DNA of 64,000 nucleotides from Candidatus Saccharicenans sp. GTDB lineage: Bacteria > Acidobacteriota > Aminicenantia > Aminicenantales > Saccharicenantaceae. The position numbers and the translations under genes are program-made. This document shows positions 24,931 through 34,514 of the stretch, piece after piece (position 1 is the stretch's first letter; each line of letters starts with the position of its first letter). The stretch covers positions 24,288-88,287 of the forward strand of contig JARYMJ010000001.1 of NCBI GenBank assembly GCA_029907135.1, given 5' to 3'. A model generated the notes under the pieces. That model ran no database searches. It was given only the letters and a program-made list of their open reading frames with translations, and had not been told where the DNA came from.

Positions 24931-27372
24931 ATGCCGGAAAAATCAAGACTCCTGACAGGCATTTCCCTAGTCTCGGCCACTATCCTGGCTCTGGAACTGA
25001 TACTGACCAGATATTTTTCCATAACCCAGGGTTACCACTACGCTTTCCTGGTGGTCAGTATCGCTTTTCTCGGTTTTGGGGCCGGGGCCATCTTCCTGTT
25101 TTCAGCCAGCCTCAAAAATTACCTTGAGCGCGACTACTTACTGTCCAGCCTGGCCCTGGCTCTCGGTCTGTTCATTCTTTTAAGCTTCTTCCTGGTCAAC
25201 AGGCTGTCTTTCAACCCGGTGGAGCTTCTCTGGAACCAGAAAAAACTGGCTGTTATGCCTCTCCATTTCCTGATTCTCAGCCTGCCCTTCCTGCTGGGGG
25301 GACTGATCATTTCCCTGGCTCTGACCAGGCTGGCCGGAGTCGTCCACCAGGTTTACTTTGCCGACCTGGTTGGAGCCGCAGCCGGAATAATTTTCTCCGG
25401 ACTGAGTTTCCACCTGGCCGGCGACCGGGGGGCGGTGCGCCTGCTGGTCGGCCTGGCCCTCGTTGCCGGGTGGTTATTTGTCCGCTGGTCTGAATGCAGG
25501 CGAACCTTAAAAGTGGCTATAATCCTGGTAAGCGGGTTGCTACTGACACTAGCTTTTCTTCCCGGAGACTGGCTTTCCTTCCGGATCTCTGAATACAAGC
25601 CACTGCCCTTTTACTTGAAACAGAAAGAGGCCGCTGTTATCAAGACCATGTGGGACGAAAAGCTGCGCCTGGATCTGTTCGAATCGCCAGCCGTCCGTTA
25701 TGCTCCCGGCTTGAGTCTGCGATTCTCCGGACAACTTCCTCACCAGAGGGGATTGTCGCTCGAAGCGGAAAGAATCTACGCCCTGACCGAATATTCCGGT
25801 CGGCCCGGGGAACTTGATTTTCTGGATTACCTTCCACTCAGCCCCGCCTTTGAATCCGCCCGGGGAGGCCAGATCCTTCTCCTGAAACCCGGGGGTGACC
25901 TCGAACTGTGGCTGAGCCTGCGGGCTGCTCCCTCGGCCGTGACGGTTTTTGAAGAAAGCCACCTGCTCCGCAAAATACATGAAGAGCGGCAGGACTTGGT
26001 TGATTCCATAGCGGCTTCAACCGTGGTTAATTTCAGCACCATCGAAGCCCGGTCCGGCTTGAGCCGGGAAAAGAAGAGGGGCCGCAGATTCGACCTTGTG
26101 GTTTACTCGCTGCCCGACCTGCCCGGGAGCTTCAGCACCGGTTTTTATGGGCCGGGTGAGGATTACCTGCATACAGTCGAAGCTGCCGAGACGGTGCTGG
26201 ATTTGCTCAGCCCCGACGGCCTGGCCGTGGCTCTTTTTTATTTTCTTCCTCCGCCGCGCCAGGAACTTCGATTCCTGGCCCTCTGGATAGAAACACTGGA
26301 AAGGCGGGGTTTAAACCCGGCCAGGCATCTCTTAATTCTAAGAACCATAGAAACGATTACTTTCTTCATAAAAAAACAAGAGTTTTCCGAGGAAGAAATC
26401 AGGCGCTGGCAGACCCTGGCTTCCGGGCGATTTTATGACCTCCTGGTTCCAGGCCGGGAAGCCGGGAGCGACCGGTCGGCGGTCATTCAGACTGATGATT
26501 CCAGCTGGGAAGAACTGGTCAGAACCCTGTTCCAGCCAGAAAAACGGCCGGCTCTATATGATAATTATCTTTTTGACCTCAGGCCGCCCAGTGACAACCG
26601 GCCTTTCTTCGGTGATTTCCTGAAATGGTCCCGGTGGGCCGAAATCAACCGGCTGTTCGGCCAGAAAATCTACCCGCTTTTTCTGAGCAAATATCTGCTG
26701 GTTTTTCTCCTGGTCCAGTCGCTACTAATTGGCCTGTTTCTTATAATCCTGCCCCTGCTAAGGGTCGGGCGGCGCCAGCTTTCAGCCCTACCCGGGAAAT
26801 CTCTTATTTTTGGCTATTTTTCCAGCCTGGGAGCGGGCTACATGCTGGTGGAAATCACCCTCTTTCATAAATTCATCCTGCTACTGGGACACCCCACTTA
26901 TTCCCTGAGCGCTGTTCTCTTTTTTCTCCTGGGAGCTTCTGGTGCCGGTAGCCTCAGCCTGGCATCCCTGCGCAAAAGAATCGGCCAGTCCGGGTTGGTG
27001 TTCTGGCCGCTGCTTTGCTGCCTGGCCATCGGGCTGGAAATTGGGGCCATCTCCCTGGCCAGCGGACTTTTCCTGCGGGCCGGACTTATGGGTCGGCTTT
27101 TACTGAGCTTCGGGCTGATCTTCCCGCTGGGTTTCTGCCTGGGTCTTCCCTTCCCCGCCGGTCTCAATTACTTCCAGTCCAGGACCACGCTAATTGTGCC
27201 ATTTGGTTTTGCGGCCAATGCCTTTTTCAGCTTGTTGGCCTCAGTCTGGAGTCTGGTCCAGGCTGAACTCTGGGGTTACAGGTCAGTGTTCTGGTTGGCA
27301 GTTGTTTTCTATCTTTCATCTTTTATTTTTTTCTATCTCGCCCACCATCGGGACAAATCGCACATCCAGTAA
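24931..27372 (+). CDS. Polytopic membrane protein with a central spermidine-synthase-like (class I methyltransferase fold) soluble domain
   Basis: 813 aa. It has ~7 N-terminal and ~7 C-terminal hydrophobic segments. The N-terminal '[15 protein letters not shown]...FLGFGAGA' and the central '[14 protein letters not shown]...[20 protein letters not shown]' resemble membrane-fused SpeE-like proteins. This is a family-level guess only. Confidence 0.55.
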   Translation: MPEKSRLLTGISLVSATILALELILTRYFSITQGYHYAFLVVSIAFLGFGAGAIFLFSASLKNYLERDYLLSSLALALGLFILLSFFLVNRLSFNPVELLWNQKKLAVMPLHFLILSLPFLLGGLIISLALTRLAGVVHQVYFADLVGAAAGIIFSGLSFHLAGDRGAVRLLVGLALVAGWLFVRWSECRRTLKVAIILVSGLLLTLAFLPGDWLSFRISEYKPLPFYLKQKEAAVIKTMWDEKLRLDLFESPAVRYAPGLSLRFSGQLPHQRGLSLEAERIYALTEYSGRPGELDFLDYLPLSPAFESARGGQILLLKPGGDLELWLSLRAAPSAVTVFEESHLLRKIHEERQDLVDSIAASTVVNFSTIEARSGLSREKKRGRRFDLVVYSLPDLPGSFSTGFYGPGEDYLHTVEAAETVLDLLSPDGLAVALFYFLPPPRQELRFLALWIETLERRGLNPARHLLILRTIETITFFIKKQEFSEEEIRRWQTLASGRFYDLLVPGREAGSDRSAVIQTDDSSWEELVRTLFQPEKRPALYDNYLFDLRPPSDNRPFFGDFLKWSRWAEINRLFGQKIYPLFLSKYLLVFLLVQSLLIGLFLIILPLLRVGRRQLSALPGKSLIFGYFSSLGAGYMLVEITLFHKFILLLGHPTYSLSAVLFFLLGASGAGSLSLASLRKRIGQSGLVFWPLLCCLAIGLEIGAISLASGLFLRAGLMGRLLLSFGLIFPLGFCLGLPFPAGLNYFQSRTTLIVPFGFAANAFFSLLASVWSLVQAELWGYRSVFWLAVVFYLSSFIFFYLAHHRDKSHIQ

Positions 27373-28047
27373 CTGCTTGATGACCGGCTGCCCTCCGGTC
27401 TTCCTGACCAGGGTTAAAGTCTGGAAGAAGACGGTGCTGCCGACCGGGATTACCAGGCGTCCGCCTTCTCTTAACTGCTGAAAAAGAGGAGGTGGGATAT
27501 GGTTGGCGGCGCAGGTCACCAGGATGGCATCAAAAGGAGCCTCTTCCGGCCAGCCAAAATAACCATCAGCCCAGCGGACTCTGATGTTCTTGAAATCGAG
27601 CGATTCCAGCAGTCGGGCCGCCCTGGTAGCCAGGGTTTCTCTTATTTCAACCGAGAAGACCTGGTCGGTCAGTCGGCTCAGAACGGCGGCCTGGTAGCCC
27701 GAGCCGGTACCTATTTCCAGTACCTTATCCCCGGGTTTTATCTCGGCCGCTGCCGTCATCAGGGCCACGATGTAGGGCTGAGAAATGGTCTGACCTTCGC
27801 CAATCGGCAGAGGATAATCCTCATAAGCCTCGCCTCGGTAGGCCTCCGGCACGAAAAGATGCCGGGGCACAGCCAGCAGGGCCTGGAGCAAGGATTCATC
27901 CTTGAGGCCGCGAGCCCTGATCTGGTATCTGACCATCTGCTCTCTTTTCTTCTGGAAAAATGATTCCTGCTTCTGGTCCTGTCCCCGAAGCCCGGGAAGA
28001 CAGGCCAACACCAGAACGGCCAACACCAGAAATCGCCTGAAAATCAT
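27316..28047 (-). CDS. pcm: Protein-L-isoaspartate O-methyltransferase with N-terminal signal peptide
   Basis: It has 'RHLFVPE', '[13 protein letters not shown]', '[16 protein letters not shown]' and '[10 protein letters not shown]'. The signal is [22 protein letters not shown]. Confidence 0.9.
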   Translation of the reverse strand: MIFRRFLVLAVLVLACLPGLRGQDQKQESFFQKKREQMVRYQIRARGLKDESLLQALLAVPRHLFVPEAYRGEAYEDYPLPIGEGQTISQPYIVALMTAAAEIKPGDKVLEIGTGSGYQAAVLSRLTDQVFSVEIRETLATRAARLLESLDFKNIRVRWADGYFGWPEEAPFDAILVTCAANHIPPPLFQQLREGGRLVIPVGSTVFFQTLTLVRKTGGQPVIKQLLDVRFVPMVGEIEKNKR

Positions 28048-28232
28048 CCCGCCAAAATTTTACCGCAAAACGGCCTGAACAGCCAGAGAACAATCTCACC
28101 CCTGGAGATTAAAAAGGGCCGGTTAAAAATCACCTCTGGATTAGCCAGAAGCGGTGATTGACCGGCAAACCGGTCGGGTTATGCTTAAAGGCAGAGGTAA
28201 TCAGGGCCAGACTAACTGTGTGAAAAAATTAT

Positions 28233-28259
28233 TTGACAGGGAGATATTTTTTTGATAAT
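28233..28259 (+). promoter_or_regulatory. Candidate sigma-70 promoter TTGACA-N15-GATAAT for the coaD-pil operon
   Basis: TTGACA lies at 28233..28238 and GATAAT at 28254..28259. A tandem TTGATAA-TTGATAA (28252..28265) overlaps the -10 element. Confidence 0.4.
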
Positions 28260-28271
28260 TGATAAGCTAGA

Positions 28272-28784
28272 ATGCAAGGAACCGAATTGCAGAGTGGGAA
28301 GAAGGCTATCTATCCTGGGTCTTTCGACCCTATTACCAACGGACATGTTGATATTATTCAAAGGGGGAAGAAGATTTTCGACAAAATTATTGTGGGCGTG
28401 CTGGATAATCCCAAGAAACAGCCCCTCTTTTCTGCGGAGGAACGGGTGGAACTGATAAGAAAGACCTTTGCCGGCGACAGCGCGGTCGAGGTCAAAACCT
28501 TCAGCGGCCTGCTGGTGGAGTTTGCCCGCCAGAACCAGGCTGATGCCGTAATCCGCGGCCTGCGGGCCATTTCCGACTTCGAGTACGAATTCCAGATGGC
28601 CCTGATGAACCGCAAGCAGTGGAGTGAAATCGAGACCCTGTTCATGATGCCCAGCCTGAAGTATTCTTTCCTCAGCTCCAACCTGGTCAAGGAAGTCTTC
28701 CAGCTGGGAGGCTGCGTCAGGGACCTGGTTCCACCGGTGGTGGAAGAGGCCCTTAAGAATAAATTTATGAATCTCAATAAATAA
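28272..28784 (+). CDS. coaD: Phosphopantetheine adenylyltransferase
   Basis: It has 'AIYPGSFDPITNGHVDII', 'RGLRAISDFEYE' and 'SSNLVKEV'. The ATG at 28272 sits only ~12 nt after the putative -10. An in-frame TTG at 28287 behind AAGGA may be the real start. Confidence 0.9.
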   Translation: MQGTELQSGKKAIYPGSFDPITNGHVDIIQRGKKIFDKIIVGVLDNPKKQPLFSAEERVELIRKTFAGDSAVEVKTFSGLLVEFARQNQADAVIRGLRAISDFEYEFQMALMNRKQWSEIETLFMMPSLKYSFLSSNLVKEVFQLGGCVRDLVPPVVEEALKNKFMNLNK

Positions 28785-28794
28785 GGCGGTAAAA

Positions 28795-29871
28795 ATGTTG
28801 GGTTTAGCCAAGGAAAAGAGTGTGGTTGGACTCGATATCGGGTCCTATTCTGTCAAGGCAGTTGAATTAAAAATCAAGGAAAAGGGAGATTCCACCCAGT
28901 ATGAAGTCCAGAAGATCGGTTACGAGCCCCTGCCCCACGACGCCATAGTTGAAGGCACTATCATCGATTCCACGGCCGTCAGCGAAACCATCAAGCTGCT
29001 GTTCGAGAACGCCAAGATTTCCAGCCGGGACGTGGCCATTTCCATCTCCGGGAACTCGGTCATCATCAAAAAAATCTCCCTGCCGGCCATGGAGCCGCAG
29101 GAGCTGGCCGAGTCCATCACCTGGGAAGCCAAACACAACATCCCCTACAACTACGAAGAAACCAACGTCGATTACCACGTGGTCAGATCCCCGCGGGGGG
29201 CCGAGGGCACGGTGGACATCCTGCTGGTGGCGGCCAAAAAGGACAAAATCGCCAACTACAGCAATGCCGTCAGCATCGCTCGCAAGAACCTGGTGGCCAT
29301 TGAGGTCGACATATTCTCTCTGATCAACGCCTTTGAAATCAATTACCCGGAAATCTTCCGGGACAAGACCGTGGCCCTGATCAATATGGGAGCCAACATC
29401 ACCAACGTTGGCATCGTTGAGCACGGTGTGCCCCAGCTTTTCCGGGACCTGTCCCTGGGCGGTTATTTCTTCATCGAGAACATCCGCAAGGAATTGAACG
29501 TCTCCTTCGAAGAGGCTGAGGCCGCCCTGAAAGGCATACCGGGTAAAAACATCAACGCCGACCAGTTCGCCTCGGTCCTGACCATGAACATCAGAGACCT
29601 GCTCGACGAAATGGAAAAGACCTTCTCCTTCCATGAAGCCGGGGAGAAGAGAGAACGCCGGATCGAACAGGTTTTCTTGAGTGGCGGCTTGGCCCTGATT
29701 CCCAACATGGTCAGTGCCTTCGAACTCAAGTTCCGGATCAAGACCGAACTGCTCAATCCTTTTAAGTCCGTTAAGTTTGACGAGAAGAAATTTGAATCTA
29801 TTTATTTTAATGAGATGGCCCCTGTCTTCGGGGTGGCCGTTGGACTTTCAACGAGAAAGGCAGAGAAATGA
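28795..29871 (+). CDS. pilM: Type IV pilus assembly protein PilM (actin-like ATPase fold)
   Basis: 358 aa. It has 'VVGLDIGSYSVKAVEL', 'INMGANITNV' and 'VFLSGGLALIPN'. It heads the pilMNOPQ gene order. Confidence 0.9.
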   Translation: MLGLAKEKSVVGLDIGSYSVKAVELKIKEKGDSTQYEVQKIGYEPLPHDAIVEGTIIDSTAVSETIKLLFENAKISSRDVAISISGNSVIIKKISLPAMEPQELAESITWEAKHNIPYNYEETNVDYHVVRSPRGAEGTVDILLVAAKKDKIANYSNAVSIARKNLVAIEVDIFSLINAFEINYPEIFRDKTVALINMGANITNVGIVEHGVPQLFRDLSLGGYFFIENIRKELNVSFEEAEAALKGIPGKNINADQFASVLTMNIRDLLDEMEKTFSFHEAGEKRERRIEQVFLSGGLALIPNMVSAFELKFRIKTELLNPFKSVKFDEKKFESIYFNEMAPVFGVAVGLSTRKAEK

Positions 29872-29874
29872 GCC

Positions 29875-30507
29875 ATGATCAGGATTAATTTATTAAAACC
29901 GGAAGCCAAGGAAACCAGGGAACCTGTCCAGCCGGGTATACCCAGGGTCGCGAAGGAAAGGAAAAGAGCCAGCCTCGGCACCATTATCTTTCTTCTGCTA
30001 CTGGTCAGCCTGGCCGGCTATTATTTTTACCAGCACTGGCAGATCCAGAAAGAAAACCAGCTGATCGCCCAGGCCCAGCAGGAAAAGAACCAGTTGCAGT
30101 ATGTGGTGGCCAAACTGGAAGAGGTTAAACTCCAGAAGGCCAACCTGGAAATGAAGATCAACCTGATCCGGCAGCTAAAGGCCAACCAGGATATCGCCGT
30201 CAGGATAATGGATGAAATCAACCGCCGGATACCCGACTATGTCTGGTTGAAAGATGCCAGCTTCGATGGACAGACCCTGAAGATCAAGGGTGAAGCCATT
30301 TCCAATAACCTGATAGCTGATTTTATTACCAACCTGCAGCGCAGCGAGACTTTCGGGCAGGTCAACCTGATTGTCTCCACCCAGAAGACCCAGGGGGGTG
30401 TGGTCTACCTGGAATTTGACATGACCGTCCCGGTGAACAAACCCCGGGTCGAACCGCCGCCGGCCGCCAAACCTAAACCCACTCCCCAGACCACGAGAAG
30501 GAGATAG
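29875..30507 (+). CDS. pilN: Type IV pilus assembly protein PilN
   Basis: It starts 'MIRINLL', has one TM segment, then a coiled coil and a ferredoxin-like C-terminal part. It sits between pilM and pilO. Confidence 0.8.
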   Translation: MIRINLLKPEAKETREPVQPGIPRVAKERKRASLGTIIFLLLLVSLAGYYFYQHWQIQKENQLIAQAQQEKNQLQYVVAKLEEVKLQKANLEMKINLIRQLKANQDIAVRIMDEINRRIPDYVWLKDASFDGQTLKIKGEAISNNLIADFITNLQRSETFGQVNLIVSTQKTQGGVVYLEFDMTVPVNKPRVEPPPAAKPKPTPQTTRRR

Positions 30508-30509
30508 CC

Positions 30510-31094
30510 ATGAGAAACTGGCCCTGGTATGGATACTTAATTCTGGCGGTAGTTATCTTTGCCCTGGTCTTCTTTTTCTTTTTCAAGCCCCGCAACGAAG
30601 AAATTCAGAGCCTGAGGCAGCAGCGGGAAAAGCTGGAAAAAGAGGTCCAGGTATTAAAAGAAAAAAAGAAGGAACTGGATAAAATTGAGGCCGAACTGGT
30701 GGTGCTGAACGCCACTCTCAAAGACCTGGAGCAGATCATACCCCAGCAGAAAGAAATTGCCGAAATCCTGAGAAGAATCCAGCAGCTGGCTTACGACTCT
30801 CGCCTCAACGTGCTCAAATTCCAGCCCCGGGGTGAGATCAAGAAAGACTTCTACGCCGAGTGGCCGATCAACATCGAAGTCTCCGGGACCTATCATAACC
30901 TGGGTATCTTCTTCGACAAGCTGAGCAATTTCGCTCGCCTGTTCAACGTCAACAATTTCAGCATCAGCGCCCTGAATAACCAGACCGATACCCTGACCAT
31001 CGGAGCCAAGTTCGTCACCACCACCTATTATTTTCTGGAAGAACAACCCCAGCCGGCCAAGGCTGCGGCCGGACCGCAACAGCCGAGGAAATAA
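30510..31094 (+). CDS. pilO: Type IV pilus assembly protein PilO
   Basis: It has an N-terminal TM, a coiled coil and 'WPINIEVSGTYHNLGIFFDKLSNFARLFNV', a PilO-like core. Confidence 0.75.
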   Translation: MRNWPWYGYLILAVVIFALVFFFFFKPRNEEIQSLRQQREKLEKEVQVLKEKKKELDKIEAELVVLNATLKDLEQIIPQQKEIAEILRRIQQLAYDSRLNVLKFQPRGEIKKDFYAEWPINIEVSGTYHNLGIFFDKLSNFARLFNVNNFSISALNNQTDTLTIGAKFVTTTYYFLEEQPQPAKAAAGPQQPRK

Positions 31095-31095
31095 C

Positions 31096-31578
31096 ATGAG
31101 AAAGATAACTATTTTCACCCTGACATTAATGATGGTCGGTTTTTCCTGCCTGCTGGCTCAATCCCCGGGCCAGGAGGTCCAGCAGACCGGTCAGCAGCAG
31201 GAAACCATAATTTCCCCCCAGCAGGCTCTAAGCACCCTGCCTCCCCGGGCCTCCTACAACCCGGGCGGGCGTCGGGACCCATTTAAAGACCTGATCGGCA
31301 AGGGAAAAGGCAGTGGTAAAGCAACAGTAGCAGAAGGCCAACTAACCATAGAAAATGCTACCCTGGTGGGCATTGTCAAAACTGCCAAGAGTTTTGTGGC
31401 CATAGTTTCTGGTCCTCAGGAATTCCCCTACTTCCTGAAGATTGGAGACAGACTGGCCGATGGCTATGTCTACTCCATCAGTGAGTCCAAGGTGGTTTTC
31501 CGCAAGACTCACGAAAGGGGCATCCCGCTGATGAGGCCCAGGGACGTTGTCAAAGAAATCAATCCGGAGGAGCGTTAA
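31096..31578 (+). CDS. pilP: PilP-like pilus assembly protein
   Basis: It has a signal sequence. The C-terminal beta domain 'LVGIVKTAKSFVAIVSGPQEFPYFLKIGDRLADGYVYSISESKVVF' fits the PilP pattern. It lies immediately upstream of pilQ. Confidence 0.65.
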   Translation: MRKITIFTLTLMMVGFSCLLAQSPGQEVQQTGQQQETIISPQQALSTLPPRASYNPGGRRDPFKDLIGKGKGSGKATVAEGQLTIENATLVGIVKTAKSFVAIVSGPQEFPYFLKIGDRLADGYVYSISESKVVFRKTHERGIPLMRPRDVVKEINPEER

Positions 31579-31579
31579 C

Positions 31580-33868
31580 ATGAAAAGGAAAGTTTGTAGG
31601 CTTATTCTGGCAGTAATAAATCTAATACTGGTCTCGGCTTTTCTGGTTCAGGCCGCCGAGCTGAGCCGCATCGAGGTCAAGCCGGGCAACCTGTCAACCA
31701 GAGTCATCCTGATAGCCGACATCCCGGTCCAGGTGACAGGACTCAGTTATATCTCCGAGACTCCCCCGGTGCTGTCGCTGGAGCTGGCCAAGACCAGACC
31801 GGTTGAGCTTCCGGCCACTATGGAACCGGGCAGCCGCCTGGTCCGGAACATCCGGGTGGAACCGGTCGGGGAAAATTTGAGAATCCTGCTGCAGCTAAAA
31901 GATAAAGTACCTTTCCGTCTGCTGCTGGAAGAGGGAAAAACCATCCTGGAGTTCAACGAATTCCTGCGAGCTTCTTCTTACCAGATTGACCCGGCCCTGA
32001 CCGCCCTGATCCGGCCAGAAAACCAGATCAGCTTCGCCGACCTTAATGTCAAGACTGAACCCGACAAGGTCAACTTCCTGATCGGACTGACCGGCCAGGC
32101 CCCGGTGCAAACTTTTGCTCTGGACAATCCCAGCCGGCTGGTGGTCGACCTGCTCAACACCAATTACTCCAGGTCCAGCCAGTCCTACCAGGTCGGACGG
32201 GCCAATGTCGATCGAGTCAGGGTGGCCCAGTTCAAGGCCTCAGACCCTTGCCCCATTACCAGGCTGGTGTTTGACCTGAAAGATGTCGGCTGGTATGCGC
32301 TCGACACCACCGGCCAGGGACTGCGGATTTCTTTCTACGCTCCAGAGACTAATATCCTGGCTCAAAATACTGAACAACCGGTCAGGAAAGCCGAACCGAT
32401 TAAAACTGCCCTGGCCAACGCCATCCCGGCGCCTGCAGACCAGACCACTAAAAAACCGGCCATCAAAGTTGAAGAAAAGACCGAAATCACACCGGTCAGA
32501 ACCGAACCAACACCGGTTGAAACCAAGGCCGAGCCCGAGCCCAAAGCGGCTCAACCCCAGGCCCAGGAGAAAGAGCAGTTTAAGCCGCGGGTTATCCAGA
32601 CGGTTGAAGATAAGTATTCGGGTGAGCTAATCAGCTTGAAATTCAAAGATGCCGACCTGCGGGACGTGGTCCTGTTCCTGGCCGACTTTGCCGGCCTCAA
32701 CGTGATTTTTGACCCAGAAGTCCGGGGCAATGTCACCTGCAACCTGCAGGAAGTCCCCTGGGACCAGGCCCTGGAAATAGTCCTGCGCCAGAACCGGATG
32801 GGAAAGGTTATCGAGGGCAATGTCCTGAGAATCGCCCCCATGGGCACCCTGGCCCGAGAAGACGAAGACCTGAGAAGGATGAAGGAGAGCAAGGAGCTGG
32901 CTGGTCCCATCCAGGTCAAGACCATCACCCTGTCCTACTCTAAGGCCAGAGATGTCCAGAGCCTGCTCAAGAGCCGGCTGTCCAAGAACGGTGAAATCGT
33001 CATCGACGAAAGAACCAACACCCTGATCATCAGCGAAGTCCGCGACCGGATGGAACTGCTGGAAAAGTTGATCGGAGTCCTGGATACCCCGACTCCGCAA
33101 GTTTCGATTGAAGCCAGAATCGTGGAAGCCACTTCCACTTTCATCCGGAACCTGGGCATTCAATGGGGCTATAAAGGAGTGATCGACCCCTTCTACGGCA
33201 ACCAGACCGCCATTTCCTTCCCCAACAAAATCCTGGCCGACGGAGCCATGATTCCCCAGGGCATCGTGACTAAGGGCATCGGAGGACCGCTGGGCGGCTA
33301 TGCCATCAATCTGCCGGCGCCGGCCTTCAATACGGCCGTGGGCTTCTCTTTCGCCAACGTCCTGGATACTTTCAGGCTGGATGTGGCCCTGTCCGCCCTG
33401 GAAACCTCCGGCAATGGCCGCATCATCTCCTCGCCCAAGGTCACCACCCAGAACAATCAGGCCGCTGAAATTGTTCAGGGCCGCCAGATTCCGGTCCAGA
33501 CTGTGGCTAACTTCACCGTCACCACCAGGTACGTCAATGCCGCCCTGGAACTGCGGGCCACTCCCCAGATCACGGCTGAAGGCACCATCATCATGAACAT
33601 CGAAATCCAGAACAATGCCGCCGATTTCGCCAACCTGGTTAACGGGATTCCTCCCATCACCACCCAGAGCGCCAAGACCACGGTCATGGTGCCCGACGGC
33701 GGCACCACCGTCATCGGCGGCATCTACCGGACAGAAGATTCCATCACCAGAGACCGAGTGCCCTATCTTCACAGTATCCCTGTCCTGGGAACTTTGTTCA
33801 GGTCCTTTGCCCGGACCAAACAGAACAGGGAACTGCTGATATTCATAACCCCAAGGATTATCAAATAA
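31580..33868 (+). CDS. pilQ: Type IV pilus secretin PilQ (two AMIN-like domains, Pro/Glu/Lys-rich linker, N0/N1 domains, secretin domain)
   Basis: I chose the ATG at 31580, giving signal MKRKVCRLILAVINLILVSAFLVQA. Secretin motifs are 'NTLIISEV', 'VSIEARIVE', 'LSALETSGNGRIISSPKVTTQNNQAAEI' and 'VPYLHSIPVLGTLF....ELLIFITPRI'. Confidence 0.9.
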   Translation: MKRKVCRLILAVINLILVSAFLVQAAELSRIEVKPGNLSTRVILIADIPVQVTGLSYISETPPVLSLELAKTRPVELPATMEPGSRLVRNIRVEPVGENLRILLQLKDKVPFRLLLEEGKTILEFNEFLRASSYQIDPALTALIRPENQISFADLNVKTEPDKVNFLIGLTGQAPVQTFALDNPSRLVVDLLNTNYSRSSQSYQVGRANVDRVRVAQFKASDPCPITRLVFDLKDVGWYALDTTGQGLRISFYAPETNILAQNTEQPVRKAEPIKTALANAIPAPADQTTKKPAIKVEEKTEITPVRTEPTPVETKAEPEPKAAQPQAQEKEQFKPRVIQTVEDKYSGELISLKFKDADLRDVVLFLADFAGLNVIFDPEVRGNVTCNLQEVPWDQALEIVLRQNRMGKVIEGNVLRIAPMGTLAREDEDLRRMKESKELAGPIQVKTITLSYSKARDVQSLLKSRLSKNGEIVIDERTNTLIISEVRDRMELLEKLIGVLDTPTPQVSIEARIVEATSTFIRNLGIQWGYKGVIDPFYGNQTAISFPNKILADGAMIPQGIVTKGIGGPLGGYAINLPAPAFNTAVGFSFANVLDTFRLDVALSALETSGNGRIISSPKVTTQNNQAAEIVQGRQIPVQTVANFTVTTRYVNAALELRATPQITAEGTIIMNIEIQNNAADFANLVNGIPPITTQSAKTTVMVPDGGTTVIGGIYRTEDSITRDRVPYLHSIPVLGTLFRSFARTKQNRELLIFITPRIIK

Positions 33869-33887
33869 GCGAGAGGAGAAGGAAGCA

Positions 33888-34475
33888 ATGAAGAAACTAA
33901 CCATCGGCCTTAAAATAATAGCGGTTCTGACCCTGAGCCTGGTTCTGTTCTCCTGCAACCCGGTGGAAAGAGCCACCAATTCCGCCAGCTATCTGATCAT
34001 CGAAAACATCATCGGCAAGGATAACCAGGGTAATGATTCCAGCGTGGTCTTCTCCGACGTCATCACCAACGGCGTGGTTTATTCGGATTTCGTCAAAATC
34101 AGTTTGAGAGCCGCCACCCTCGACCCCAACCCGGTGATGGGCGTTTCCAATTACAGTGATGTCATGGTCACCAATTACATAGTCACCTATACCAGAAGTG
34201 ATGGGGCTACTGGCGAAGGGACCGATGTCCCTTATCATTTTGAAGGGGCTCTGTCGACCCTGGTGCCGATCGGTTCCATCGTTACCATCCCCCTGATGAT
34301 CGTCAGGGACGTGGCCAAGACTCAGCCGCCGCTCAGTGCCCTGGTGGGGAACCCCACGGGAATGCTGGAATGCATCGCCACCATCGAGCTCATCGGCCAT
34401 GACCTGAGAAACAGGCAGGTCAGGAAGACCGGGCAGATTTCTGTTCGTTTTGCCGATTATATCGACCAGCAATAA
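33888..34475 (+). CDS. Lipoprotein of unknown function, last gene of the pil operon
   Basis: 195 aa. The signal is MKKLTIGLKIIAVLTLSLVLFSC, with a lipobox-like L-F-S-C. GGAGAAGGAAG precedes the ATG. The sequence is beta-rich and I recognise no family. Confidence 0.6.
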   Translation: MKKLTIGLKIIAVLTLSLVLFSCNPVERATNSASYLIIENIIGKDNQGNDSSVVFSDVITNGVVYSDFVKISLRAATLDPNPVMGVSNYSDVMVTNYIVTYTRSDGATGEGTDVPYHFEGALSTLVPIGSIVTIPLMIVRDVAKTQPPLSALVGNPTGMLECIATIELIGHDLRNRQVRKTGQISVRFADYIDQQ

Positions 34476-34514
34476 TTTTTTGCCAGGGTAGACTTTTCCC
34501 GTTTTCTTGCCGGC

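Noticed and set aside
32380-32590. A repetitive-looking segment inside pilQ, checked as a possible tandem DNA repeat or CRISPR-like array.
   Set aside because: It encodes a Pro/Glu/Lys/Thr/Ala-rich inter-domain linker ('TEPTPVETKAEPEPKAAQPQAQEKE'). The repetition is compositional at the protein level. There are no regular DNA repeats or spacers.
32627-33979. A 450-aa minus-strand ORF spanning two thirds of pilQ and the start of the downstream lipoprotein gene.
   Set aside because: It lies antisense to a confidently identified secretin whose motifs are all intact in the plus frame. Its product is Gly/Asp/Val/Gln-rich with no recognisable motif, signal or RBS. Such shadow ORFs are expected opposite GC-biased coding sequence.
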